In this document: positions 24,351 through 37,200 of the stretch, one piece after another
Layout of the letters: each line of letters opens with the position of its first letter
Numbering within the stretch: the stretch's first letter is position 1
Assembly (NCBI GenBank): GCA_973851085.1
Contig: OZ316775.1
Coordinates: 22,878,001 to 22,942,000 of the forward strand
From: Ptychomitrium polyphyllum
Taxonomy: Eukaryota
DNA: 64,000 nucleotides
Reading direction: 5' to 3'
Notes under the pieces: generated by a model
Told to the model about the DNA's origin: nothing
The model's input: only the letters and a program-made list of their open reading frames with translations
Databases searched by the model: none
Program-made: the position numbers and the translations under genes

Positions 24351-26124
24351 GTGACAAATGCTTTATAATGGTATTTGTACCAGTATTTCTTTTGTGCACA
24401 ATATTTTATTTGTAAAACAAATCATGAAATTTTAGTTTCTAATTTGCATAAATAAGAAGGAACATATTCATAGGAAATCTTGTAAAAGAGGCTAGAATTC
24501 TTCTTTTTTTATATTATCTGAAGATATGTTTCTTTTGATGTTGTTCATAAAAGACTAATATTATAATCATTTATAATTTTCCACTCTTAAATGAGTAAAT
24601 TATTATTAATGTACAAAAGTTGAGCTGTTATACTATTTGAAATATTCAAAACAAATTCAAGTTGTAGCCAAGTGGTAAAGGTTTTTCTTTATTAAAATAT
24701 ATAGGTAAATAAACAAATAAATCACTTCTATACTTCCAATGTATGTCTTGTAGACTTTTTAGGTTGATAGTGCAAAAGGCAAAAGAACGCTTCTTTTACA
24801 TTAATTTTTTTTTTTAAGCCAAATGATTAGATTTTTCTAATCAAACTTAAGCAAATCCAATATTTCAATTAATGTTTAAAAAATAAATGATTCAAATTTT
24901 TTGAAAGTCATAAGTCATTTAAAAATAAGTTGTATCAAAACAAAAAGATTTAAATGATGGACAAGGTAGTATATTGGTAATTGGAACAAGGCATAGCATG
25001 AATACTAAAAGCCAAAGTTGACTTTAATAAAAATTCATCAATTTGTCCTATAAAAGAACCTTCACTAAATCTACACAAAAAAATCAATTTTGACTTTGAA
25101 TTCATTTGATTTGTTCAAAAAATAAAGTTTATTAAACAAATGTTGTAGGTGATACCATTAATGTTCTTTGAAATATTAATACGAATAACAAGAATAGTTT
25201 AGATAGTAATTGACTTTGCATCTTTTATATTCAACATCTTCTATCCTTTTTTCACTTTGAAATAAGTTAAAAAAACAAAAATAAACTTGGAATTTTGTAT
25301 GATTGTTACTAATACTGGAATTTTGTCTGGGAAATAGTTTTGAAAAACTCACATAAGTTTGTGAAGCATTATAAACCCTTAACTGAGTGATTTCCTACCG
25401 AATTAAACAACCTCATGTACAAGTCGTCAAAATTTGCAGTAAAGTCCATGTTGTTAGTGCCATCACTTTCAATGGATCTTGAAGTCGTGCTTGGCATGAT
25501 TCAATATACACCTCTCTGAAAAGATCAATGTGCCTAAGTTCCCAGCAACATGCAAGGTATCATTGTTGGCATTTGGCAGCCTTGCAAATCCTGGGCATGA
25601 AACTCTATGCTGTGTGAGTCCACAGGCAATTGCAACTTGTTACTAAAAGCTTGTGGGTACGCGGGTTCTTACTTGCTATCATGCCATGACTTGTATGCAA
25701 GTAATCACCATATCTCAAGACTGTCCACGATCGAACATGTTGGTGTCGAGGAGTTGGACAACCATAAAGACTACCTTCATGGTCCCATTTGTTGTATTTT
25801 ACTTTCCTGGTTTTCCTCATACTTTGAATGCGGATACTACTGAATGGAGCCCAGTGATAATGGCTCTGGACCCCTCATCTACACATGTAGTTCCTTGGGT
25901 ACCCAATGTGACATGTTATCCCAGTCATGCGGCAAACTCTAATAATGAAGGGTGTAGTAGATGAGAACATGAAATTTTGATGGATGAAATTAGTGCCTAC
26001 TGGTGGCTCAATCACATCATCATGGGGTCACTTTTTGAAAGATGCATATCAATGGTGTTTATTATGAGTATTTTATACAATTTCTGTGTATGGGGAAAAA
26101 AAATGATTGAGACAAAGTCTTCCA

Positions 26125-26267
26125 AAAAATCGAAAATCAATATCAAAAATCAAAATCAAAAATCCAAATCAAAATTCAAAATCAAAAATCCAAATCAAAA
26201 TTCAAAATCAAAAATCCAAATCAAAATTCAAAATCAAAAGTCCAAATCAAAAATCAAAATCAAAACT
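26125..26267. repeat. 26-bp tandem repeat built from CAAAAT-like subunits (~4.5 copies)
   Basis: 'tccaaatcaaaattcaaaatcaaaaa' recurs at 26163, 26189, 26215 and 26241. Confidence 0.9.
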
Positions 26268-27727
26268 TAAAATTGGAGGCCTGGAGCCTTGACCCGTACA
26301 ACCCTAAAACCCTGTCCATTGTATTTTTGGGTAGCAACACAATTTTGGATAACTTTCCGGAACTGAGAAATAATATGATTCAAAAATTACCATATTCATT
26401 ACCTTTGAACTGGTCTATCCTATATTCATGATATTTTATTGCGTGCTAAAGAAATAAATTGCCAATAATTGTGGACATAATATCTTGAAATTGATTTTGA
26501 AGTGGACTTCCAATTACAAACCAATTTACAGATCAAATTTTGAATTTCTTAACTATGTATGATCAATGATTCAGTCGAAGATTTTGATGAATAGTATGAA
26601 TTCTATAAACTAGCCACCCAAATAATAGTAATAAAGTGTTGAGAAATATTAAAAAGAATAGTTTTTGGAGGAAATAATGTTGTTCCAAAATTTGTATTTT
26701 GTACATTTCTTCATCTATGAAACAACTAATAAACCAAAACTTTATCTAAAAGTAAGTATGAAAACTATTTTTTTTATTACTTTTAAAGATAGATAGCTTC
26801 AAACTAATTTGAAAGTTTGTTTTTTAAATTTAAAAGTACAAATCATTTCTTATCAAAATAATTTATACATTCTCTTCAATTGAACTTTATTACAATTCTT
26901 AAAGCTACATATTACATTGTAATTTTTATGCCATTTTGGATAATTTATTATTCTTAGAAATTCTAATTTTTTTAGATATTGTTTTAAAATTTCAAATAAA
27001 AATAGCATAGAAGAAATTATGTAAAAATCCATACTTAGAATCATTAAGTTTAAAATTAATGTACAAATTGATTGACTATTCATTAACTATCAATTATTCC
27101 TATAATAACCTATACAGTAAAATTATACATCTAAGATTTACCAATCACATCCAATCTATTAAAAATTATAGCAAACAATTATTTTTTATCATATCTATTA
27201 TAAACAATAAGAAAACATACCATAGTTTTTTATAAGAAAATTTTATCATATAAAATATTATACTATGAGTAAAATATTAAGCATTAAATGTTACATTATT
27301 TTCAAGTATGATTCAAAAAAAAATGTTTGTATTTAAAATGATTTTAACAAAAAAGTTGAAATTTACAATCTTATAAATTAGATTAGAATTGAACTCTATG
27401 AAATAAAATATATACTTTTTAACAATATTTTTTAAAAATGTGTGAATGTTTTTTAGTAAAATAAAAATCTACAATTCATATAATTGTGTATCAATTGAAT
27501 TATTATTTTTAAAATTTGATTTAAAAAAATAAAAAATGTATTCAAATATTAAATGCATAAATTTAAAGCATAGTAAAATCATTTTAAGTTTGCATGCTTA
27601 CAAAACATAGCAACATCAATAGGCCACATCTTTGTAGTTTTATATAACTATATAATATTCAAACTCCTTTGAAATGTGAAATATTAATTACCTTGAGTAT
27701 ATATTCAATTCTATATACTATTATAGT

Positions 27728-27730
27728 ATA

Positions 27731-27762
<32 letters not shown>
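27728..27762. repeat. (TA)n microsatellite
   Basis: Direct reading, one interruption. Confidence 0.9.
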
Positions 27763-27771
<9 letters not shown>

Positions 27772-29489
27772 ATGTGTGTATTATTTATCACTTTTGCATT
27801 TTTTCTATTTTATATTACTATTAGAATAAATAAATATATCATCTCTTAGCACTATGAAATGTATCTTAAATTTTAAGTATTATATTATTATTAGCTTAAT
27901 GATAGGAAATACAACCTTTCTTTGTTATTCAAATTTTGAATTTTAGATCAACATCCCTTTCTATGCAAAGAAGAATATTTTTGGTTTTTTTTGATAAATT
28001 GAAAAAAATTGAGTATAAACTTTTGTTTCTTATATGTATATTTGCTAGGTTACATATATAAGTTTATTGTCTTTTATAGAAAGATAGACATTATATCAAA
28101 TTGTTAATTGATTGTAATTGAAATATCAATTAATTAGCATTAATTTAAGAAATGAAAAGCATAAGTTAATATTAATATTAACTGGTGATGTTTAAACCAT
28201 AGGTTCTCTTATTAGTTAAATAAAAGCACCTTATATGTCATATGTATGGTTAATACTCAAATTCAAGCAAACTAATTTGGACAATCTTGTTTGAGCATTT
28301 AATGTTGTTAAAATCTTGCTAATTATATTCCAACAATATAACATCCTTTTTAATTCATCTCTTTTAAAAAATTTTACTTCTAAGCCAATCATAGTTTGAT
28401 ACATAAATTACATTTAAAAATTGAAAGTTTTGTCATATGGTGTTTAATGCCAATATAATTGTCAAGCTATGGCCAGCAAAGTAAGATAATTTTTATTGCT
28501 TAAATATCATTGTTAGAATTTGGCTAGTAAAACCAAGATAAGTCCACTTCTTTAAGCATAGATGACATTATATGGCTAAGGAAACAAAACTAACCTTGTT
28601 GTTTTGAAATATTGTTTTTCTTTTGTTTTGATTTAAACTTCATTAAGCTCTTACAACTTGTAAAGACCTTATATGAATGATGTAGCTTTTAATAATTATA
28701 TTTATTGTTTTGCAAAGTGTAAGTTAATTCATTACATGATTCAAGTAATTCAAAACCACAAGTTAATTAAGAATCCTTTTTGTTGTTTTCATCTAAATCA
28801 TTATCATGAAAGTTATAAAATTTTAAATAAGTTTAAAATCTTTTTTTCTTATTAACAAAGTTAAAACAAGTTGTTTTAATATGTAAGATATGCATAGGTA
28901 AAAGACCAAAAATTGTGCCATTAAAGAAAACCTTAACTACTGCTATAAAGCAAGTTTGTTACTAACTGATTTCAAAAACAAATAAAAAGAAAAATTGGGG
29001 TTTGTAAAATATTATTTTTAATGAACTATATTTAAGAAAATTACTCATTTTCTTTACTTCAACAATGAACCTGCTATGTGAGTTTAGTAGGTATTCATAG
29101 AAGACATACTGTACTGGCCAGAGTTTCAACAAAATCATTTTTCATTCATCTCAGGAGAAAACTAACAAGTAACAAGTAGCTTCAGTATGAAGCTTTTAAA
29201 TGGCAAATCTCATAAAGATCAGATATTGCATAATAGTACGCACTTACAGAAAGTGTAAAAATTTAGTGCCATAAAAGAAGACTCACCTAGATAGCAGTAG
29301 AAGACATACTACTGATTGGATCCCACAGTCTTAACACAATAAACTTTTCATCTAAACTAAGTAAAGTAAAATAAAATAAAATAAAAGATAAGTAAGTAAA
29401 ATGAATAAGCTAATAAGTTAATAAAGAAATACAAAATGGGAAAAAAAGAGTATAAAAGTTAGAAAATAAAGAAAAGAAGATGAAATACA

Positions 29490-29660
29490 AAATGACAAGG
29501 TAGTCACGTAGTAGCAGGCGTTTAGGTGTGAAATTCCTCTCGTCATAAATACTGTAGGCCACAGTACATGATCGAACAAAAAAGCAAACTAAATGACAAG
29601 GCAGTCGCAGGCGTTTTGGTGTGGAATCCCTCTTTCATAAAGACTGTAGGCTACAGTATC
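29490..29660. repeat. Diverged ~70-80-bp direct repeat (2 copies, ~100 bp apart)
   Basis: aaatgacaaggtagtc...gcaggcgtttaggtgtgaaattcctct...actgtaggccacagta vs aaatgacaaggcagtcgcaggcgttttggtgtggaatccctct...actgtaggctacagta. Confidence 0.8.
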
Positions 29661-29916
29661 TGCTGGATTACTGTGCACCGTAGTAGTTGCACGACAGGCG
29701 ACTCCCAAAGCGATGGGCCACGCCAGGACGGGCCCAGGGACCAGTCTTCCAAAGCGACGGGCGACGCGCGACGCCAAAGGACGTGCGCGGCGGGATCAGC
29801 CCCGACGGCGACAACCCAACTCGGCCCGGCGTAACACCTGCCCAGCAGCGATACCCGGCTGTCCGGACCCGGCGATGATATAGTTGCTGCGAAGACTCAA
29901 AGAGCCAGGCTACGGG

Positions 29917-29985
29917 GTGTGCAGTGTGCAGTGTGCAGTTTGCAGTGTGCAGTGTGCAGTGGGCAGTGTGCAGTGGGCAATGCGG
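29917..29985. repeat. (GTGTGCA)n heptamer array, ~9 units, upstream of gene copy 2
   Basis: Direct reading; explains the 'CSVQCAV' low-complexity ORFs. Confidence 0.9.
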
Positions 29986-31583
29986 GCACTGCTGTGGCCA
30001 ACGTCACGTCTCCTGTCCGCTGTGGTGCTTGCGGTTGGTTGGTTCATTGGTTCGTTAATCGGCCTTTCTGCACTGGGACAAAGCGCACAGCAATTCCTGC
30101 TCGTGCCCTGCGCTGCAAGCACCAGTGCCCGGGTGAGCGAACGAACCGTTCTACTATATCCCACCACCGAGAGGGTCCAGTGTTCGTATGAGCGCTCTGC
30201 CACTCAGCCACTCAGCCACTGCAAAGAGTGCTGGATTGGCAGGGTGCGTGGTGTGTTGATGCCGAGTTTTCTAATATTGGCCGCGATGCTGAGGTGGTGC
30301 GACAGGAGAGCGTCGCCAGTATAATTGGCCGAGGGTTTGACGTTACGTTGCCGGTTGGTTAACGGGACGCAAGTCCGATTAGCGAGGACAAAGAAGAGGA
30401 CGGACGCCACACAGGACACAGGACACGGGACGAGAGGGAGGGAGCGAGGAGCCCCTAACTCGAGCGAGGGAAAATTTGCCTAGTGTAGGCTCGTCTGCTT
30501 ATTCTTTTTCTTCTTTTGGTTATTGGCGGAGGATGTGGTTGGGGGGAGTGAGTTTGAGATCATCGACTCCTTTGGAATTTCATGCTCCCACCTTTTGATC
30601 ACGCGCGCGCGCGAGGCCGGTGCAATTGAAGCGGAGAACGGAGAGAGGAAGAGCGCACCAGAATTCGGTTAGCAGAGCGGAGTGGTGATTGGTGAGGCGG
30701 AGTTGTTTGGCACGTTTGCCATTCTTGGTGCTCGCAGGGGGCCGTGTCTGCTGCGGGCGCGCGTCGTAGGAGCATATGTGATGATCCCGTTCCGCGTTTG
30801 AGGTTTTTCGGTCTGCCAAGATTAGGGGAGGGCGTTTGCGCGGGGTTTAGGAGGGCAATGGCGATGACGGGAGGTGCGGTCGCGCATTGCTGCGTTCGCG
30901 AGGGTAGGCAGTTATGGAGCGATTTTCTTGTTCGGGAGGATAGGTCTTGTGGCTGTGTGAGGTTGTTAGTGGCGGAGTGACGGGATTGGTTGAGGGAGCG
31001 CGGAGGCGAGGGCGAGGGTTTGTCGTTGATAGCGTGAGAGAATTCTTGGCGAGGGATCTCCGTGGTGTGTCTTTGATTTTGAGCATTTTCTGGTTAAGGT
31101 GCTCCTTCGTAGGCTAATTTTCTTTCTACGGTAGTCCAAGGCGCTGGTGTACCAGCAAGGTGCGAGGTTTCTGTGACGTGTTTCTTGATTGTACCTTCTC
31201 CTCTTCGTTCGGCATCCGTTTGTATGCTTTCAGAAATTTCGTGGCACCGCGCAGTGTCGTTAGCATTTCCTTATTTCCTCACGCTCTCAGGACTTTCGGT
31301 ATCCATCTCGAATCGTGTCCACCATATTAATCATCTGCATTTGCAGTTACGAATAAGCACCTTGTATTCATCCTTCAAGCTTACTGTTTCCTCTTAAATT
31401 CTCTCTCTCTTTTCGTATCCAATTCTCTCCTAGTTTCTCCAATTCTCTTGTTCAACACCTATCTGGTGCGCAATCGTTCACATGTACTTTTTTACGAGCA
31501 GTTACAGGCTTTGATACTTTATCAGAACAACTATCTCATATCAGAACAGGGATCGGCGCGCTGTTCTGTACTGTGTAGTCTCC

Positions 31584-33578
31584 ATGGCAGTAGAACCAGA
31601 CCTGAATAGCGAGGTTTACCAGGAGTTTGACGTTCGGGTGGTGGAGAACGAGGAGCGGTACTTCTGCCTCCTGCCACCTTGCGTAGACAAGAATAAGTCG
31701 CTCTCGAATCGGCAGCATTGGATCACGCACAGAAAGTTTGTGCACAAAGAGAAGGACAACGTGAACCTGCCGAGCGGCCGCGTGATTCGCAAATGGCTGA
31801 CGGAGAGGGCAGGGTATCAGCCGCTGGGACGCGTGAGCGCTTCGGTGGATCGGCGGATGATCACGGCTCCGAGCATCGAAGAAGGCAACAACAAGACGTA
31901 CAATCTGGTGGTGCATATTTCGGGGCTGATGACGCAACTGGGGAGCGCGTGGCAGGAGCTTGCTCGAGCTGTGCAAGACACGAACCAATGTAAGTGTTGG
32001 AGTGGAGTCCTGGGGAGTATGTGCTTTGACGATGAGAGGAGGAATTGCAGTTTGTTATGTGAGAAGCAGTAGAGAGAATAAGGTTGTGGCCATCCAGCAT
32101 ATGGTAAAGTATGGACGTGGTCATGTCGAGTTTCTGAGGGCTGTCACTTGGGGATTGTCTGGAGGCTCTTGCTTTTTAGACTCGAGGTTGTACTAGGAGC
32201 ATGTTATATCCTTTTCTAGGCTTATCATTGACAGGTCGTTCCTTGTTAGGAAACTTAGGAGAATGGACAGAGGTCCGTCCGGCTGTCTTAAGTGGCTATC
32301 CCATTCACGCCTTTGATTTGGACAGTGCTGGGGTATGAGTACTTGATTAGCATCAAGCTAGTAACTAGTATGACTATCCCGTGCTGTAAGTCAGTATTTA
32401 GCTGATAGATAGACTACAGTGAGTATTCAGCAAATACGTATGACGTCTTTATGCTTCCTGTTTAGGAATTGTCATATTTGCGGTGTACACTGCCCTTTGA
32501 TTCAGCAGCTAAGCAGTCTGCTACTCGTGCAACCTGCTTCCAGTCTTGATTAATTGTCCGTCGCAATATAACAGCTTATACTGCTCAGTGTACTCAAAAC
32601 CCAACAACATAGCAGCACATGCATCAGTGAAAAACTTGCACCAACAGGTTGGTCTGTACCATTCTTACAAACCTCTCGTAGTTCCAGAGTGGCTCAGTGA
32701 CTATCATCTAACAAGCTTGGTATTTTGAATAATTACCGATGACTCACTTCCACTCTAATTACGTTCTTATTGCAGCGCTGCCGCAAGCGGCCCTACCACG
32801 GATTGTTGCGGAGAAGGTGAAGGAGCTATACCTGAGTCTGGAGAGGGGGACCGCAATCGGTGGTGACCTGCCCAGAAGACCCGATGAGAGCAAAGGCAGG
32901 AAGCGAAGGAGGAAGAGGGACGAACAAGATGCAGAAGCTGGGGACCCAAGGGAGTGGGGGTCGATGGGTAAGGCATTGGCGGATGGGATGCAGTTTCCGA
33001 AGCTGCTGAAGCCGCTGGATATCAGGGAAGGGCAACAAATATACCACGCTCCTCATGGTCACGAGCACGCAATGGAGGAAGGTGCGGTGGTGAGTAGCTC
33101 GGTTACCCTTCGCTTCTTGCACCACCTTTTTCGAAGGTTTGTAGAATTTTTTCCGAAACGGTTCTTGGGCTTCGGGACTTGGTGGATGAAGGCCTGGAGT
33201 GTGAGGCTTTCGCTTTCTCCTCCGTATTGCATGGGGTCTGGCTGTGATAGGGCCGTTGTGGACTTATTTTAGTCATGTATTGGTGTTAGTGACGTGTTTG
33301 CGGGTGTGGAGTTGGTCCAGATGGGTGTGCGTGCATCTAAATACAGCGAACGTTGGGTGCAGGAAGATGACCATGAGATGCATGCAATGGGAGGGAGAGT
33401 TAGCGACGTCGGGTGGAGCCTGGCAGCACTGGCACCAGGATTGAGGTCTGATGGGTCGGTGATGGCAGATGTGGAGCGAGGGGATGGAGGCATGGGAGGA
33501 GGGATGCACGTAGATAGGAATGACGTAGGGTCTCGGATGGAGGACCTGGTTCCGGTGGTGGGAATAGGGGTGGGATGA
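31584..33578 (+). CDS. Uncharacterised C2H2-like zinc-finger protein, copy 2; model exons 31584-31989, 32776-33089, 33363-33578
   Basis: Translated ORFs and splice sites identical to copy 1. Confidence 0.8.
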
Positions 33579-33581
33579 TGA

Positions 33582-34222
33582 GATGCATGTTCGGAACTGC
33601 ACGCGAGGTGGTATGCGGGCAACTTGCCGCTGAGGCACAGGGAACTTCTTATGGAGAGTGATGGTAGAGAACTAGGTACGCTTTGCTGTTCTGTATGCGG
33701 CTTTTGAGTTGATTAAGCTGCTGTCACTTTCTCTCCTCGTCAAGTTGGAAATGTCTTTCTGACTATCGAGAGTTTGTATGTTGTTTTGGCTCGAAAGACA
33801 TTTTGTTTGTTGCTCTTATTCAATAATATTCTTGACCTGCATGGTTTGATTGATCTGTAAATTTGAGAAACATGATTATCGGTGGTAGATGCCGCCGTTC
33901 TTCCATGGGAAGATGTCAGTCTCCTTTTGAGACTACTATAATTTTGCAGTATTTATGTTCTTGAGGTCTCACATATTTCTCGGTTCATCTTTGGAGAACT
34001 GAAAGTGGACGCTTACTGGCAGGCACTGAGAAGGAACATGTGATCACGGCACCGAGTATGCAAGCGCAAGAGAGATATCGCTACCATGCAGTTCTGGAGA
34101 TGCTTCCGGCGCATTTACAGGTTACGGGTTCTTTGACTTGGTCGAGGAGTCCCTTTGGAGTTGCAACTAGTTCTAGGCATTTCGTCTGCACCCAACCTCC
34201 GGGACGCATTCCCGGCTTATAG
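33582..34222 (+). CDS. Cryptic in-frame post-stop coding segment, copy 2 (33582-33675 + 34023-34222, 97 aa)
   Basis: As in copy 1. The one internal SNP noticed between copies (CTC/CTT at 21387/33650) is synonymous in this frame. Confidence 0.6.
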
Positions 34223-37200
34223 AGAGATTCTGCCGGCAGGAGGATTAGTCAGTGGTTGAAGTGAGCTATTTCACTTCTCCATCATTAGCATCATCATCAT
34301 ACAAAGAGATCGACATCATCATTTTTTTCTGTAAATGTTTTATGGTTTCATTGAGACCTTCTCGTCATTTCATGAGCTTATTGAATTGATTTTAAGAGCC
34401 TTTAGGGGCAAGTGTTTTGTGGTTTGGTTTCGAATCATGATTTGCTCTTTTATAGCTTTTTGTGCGACAGTGATCTTTGTAAGTAGCTGGGCTTTTTTAA
34501 GTTTTAATGTGTTTTCGAAGTGGACGTAGTTTACATGTCAGTATCAAAAGCCAGTGCTGTTTGATATTGTTACTGTCAGCTGTACACGAAAGTGCAGAAT
34601 TTTGGTTACAGCAATCCCGGAGGTTTCCTTACTGAGTGAATTTGAATGTCTCAGAACTGTTATTTGAACGAGCATCATCGAGCATTTATAGCGATTTTGT
34701 CAGTTATATAGTGTACCGTGCGAACGCCTATGGATCAAGTTTGTGGTTTTATATTATACTTTGAAGAAGTTGGGGCTTTGCCCAATTTATGCTTTATACA
34801 TTTGACTTAGCTGGAAAGCGTTGGACTTTGAAGCTGACGCTTATGGGATGTTGTCCTCCGTCTTCCAGTGGAGAAGTATTTCTCTCATTCTCGTGGGTGA
34901 TCAAGTCTTGCGGACATTCATTGTGGTTTTGAAGATAATTTCCAGCCTAATTCTAACGTTCACCTTTTGAATTCTGACCCTCAGGAGCGTAGACTTGCTT
35001 TCACACTTGCACTCAATTGCGTCTCTATCTGCAAGATTGAGCTCAATTTTGTATGTGTCTGATTAAAAAGTTCAGAACAGATCTCAACACATTAAGCGTT
35101 TTCTGAATATCAGCAATATGGTTTTATATTATACTTTGAAGTAGAACGCTTTGTGTTTCATAACTAAATGAATGACTGAACAACTATGTGTGGTGCAAGT
35201 TATGATCAAAACGAAGAGACTTACTGAGAATTTAAGGAGCGTACTGAAAATTTTGAATACAAACTTGAATGTGGTATCAGAGTGTTTGAAGATGACGAAT
35301 TTGAATGAAAGTGAAAAGTTATCGAAGCTTACTTTCTGATGTGACGGTACAAGAACACACGAAGCAATTCAAAGACTCTATCTTCAGCCGAATTGGACAA
35401 AGAACAAACGATCTCAGATCGGCACTGAATCAATTGATCACATAAATCAATTGCCAGGCTAGCTTGAGCCGCAAAATTGCTCCAACATGAGCTGACACAG
35501 AATCGTAAGTTTACAACGATATGAGGAATAAAAAGACCCCAACAAGGAAGCTGCATAACAGTGAGCAAAGCTTGTGGGATTATTCTCCATCTGGGCTCAG
35601 GATCCTCCACGATGAGCACCAAGCACACCGTCTCCTGGGAACGTTGTACTACTCCAGTTGCGGCAACATGTTGCCTTGCCACTCTGCCCCTATTGCATAC
35701 ACAAGGGTGTGCGACTGCCGTTCTAGAACGCCTTGCTCATGATGTACATCGCTCCTTCGTCCATCGTTACCACCAGGCACAAAGGTTTGATCGAAAACTA
35801 AAATGCATACGCACAAAAGAACAATACTGATTCGATTTTCCCCACCGAATGCTGAGTTGTGACAACGGACAAAACTGCAAACTTTGATGAGGATTTCGAA
35901 ACACGAATGTGAGCAGAACGTTGGATTTGTATGGTCAAGTGTGTTTGGTCTGAAAGATATAATTGGAGACAAGTGTCACAGGAGGCTTGCTTGCCTTCTG
36001 GCAGGGTGGGTTGCTCTACAAGTGGACGAGACGGGCGTGCGTTGCGTTTAGGACCTTGAATCGGTCGTATGAATGCCGTTGATGGAACCCCTAACTCCCC
36101 TTGACCCAATTGCGTCCCCTATAAATGGAACCCAAACAAACTGAATCATAATCAACTACTTCCAACATGCACACTCCTCAGTGACCCGTCTCCAACCTCA
36201 ACACCATCTTCTTCTAAAAGGATCATTCCATTTTTCAAAAATTCTATGTTTTTTGAAAAATATTCTCTATTAAAAATTGGAAGAATTTGTATGCCAAATC
36301 ATCAAATTAAATTCATGTTTTCATGTATTCACTGCTACATTCCTTTGCTATCATTTATTATTAATAATCCGCTTTAGAAAGCCAAGGTGAATTGTTTCAA
36401 TTGCTGCAAATTGCTATGCACTATTCTATAAAAAATTGATTTTCTTTATTCATTCATTGAATGCAAATACAATTTTTTTCCACTGAATAGTATAGTCAAA
36501 GAACATTGTGCATACTCATTAAATGGAATATAAAACATCCAAAAAGATTAATAACAATCAATGATAAAAAGTAGGAAGTTTATAAAATTATACTTTATAA
36601 ATCTACAATTGTCAATCATATTATTGGTTGGTATGTACACCCGTCAAGTACCTTTAATTCCATTTTTCATCATTTTTCTTGAACTTCCATTTATCAATTA
36701 TAAAATTAACAAATTTGTCTAATAGGATTTTTTTTGGCATACTATGACGGCTAAAATCAAGGTTTTAAAAAGGAAAATTTTAAACTAAGGGTCCATTTTC
36801 ACACTCCTTTCTCATTGATTTTTCTTTTTTTCTTCTCCAAGGTAGGAATTTTATCCAATACATAGTTGAATTATAGGAAATTAAAGCTTGGAGTGAATGG
36901 AGGTATCAAAAGGTATTTATGGCCAAACAATAAGATATGCAATATTGTATATAGCATATGTAATGAAATATAATTTTATTAATCTCTTTTGTGTATAATT
37001 TACAATGTATATTGATTAATTGTAGACCTTATTGAAGAGCCAAATTAGGTGTTTTAGGTATTTTTGGAAAGATTTGGAAATTATAGAGTTGGTTTGGAAA
37101 ACGGTTAAGTGTCTCTAGGAGGTTCAACCAATAAGTGTTTTTAGTTGAACCTATTGGCATCTAAATTTTTTCAAAAAGAAATTCCAAAGATTAAATAGTA

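Larger units (their letters stand above)
30596..34347 (+). repeat. Direct segmental repeat, copy 2 (near-identical to 18330-22084)
   Basis: Same evidence as copy 1. Confidence 0.97.

Noticed and set aside
25380..26050. Possible P-loop NTPase/NB-ARC pseudogene on the minus strand ('GKPGK*NTT')
   Set aside because: Single decayed motif amid many stops; no supporting motifs that I could verify.
25977..26292. Lys/Ser/Ile-rich ORFs
   Set aside because: Translation of the 26-bp tandem repeat.
29884..30324. 146-aa ORF with CSVQCAV repeats
   Set aside because: Artefact of the heptamer microsatellite; non-ATG start.
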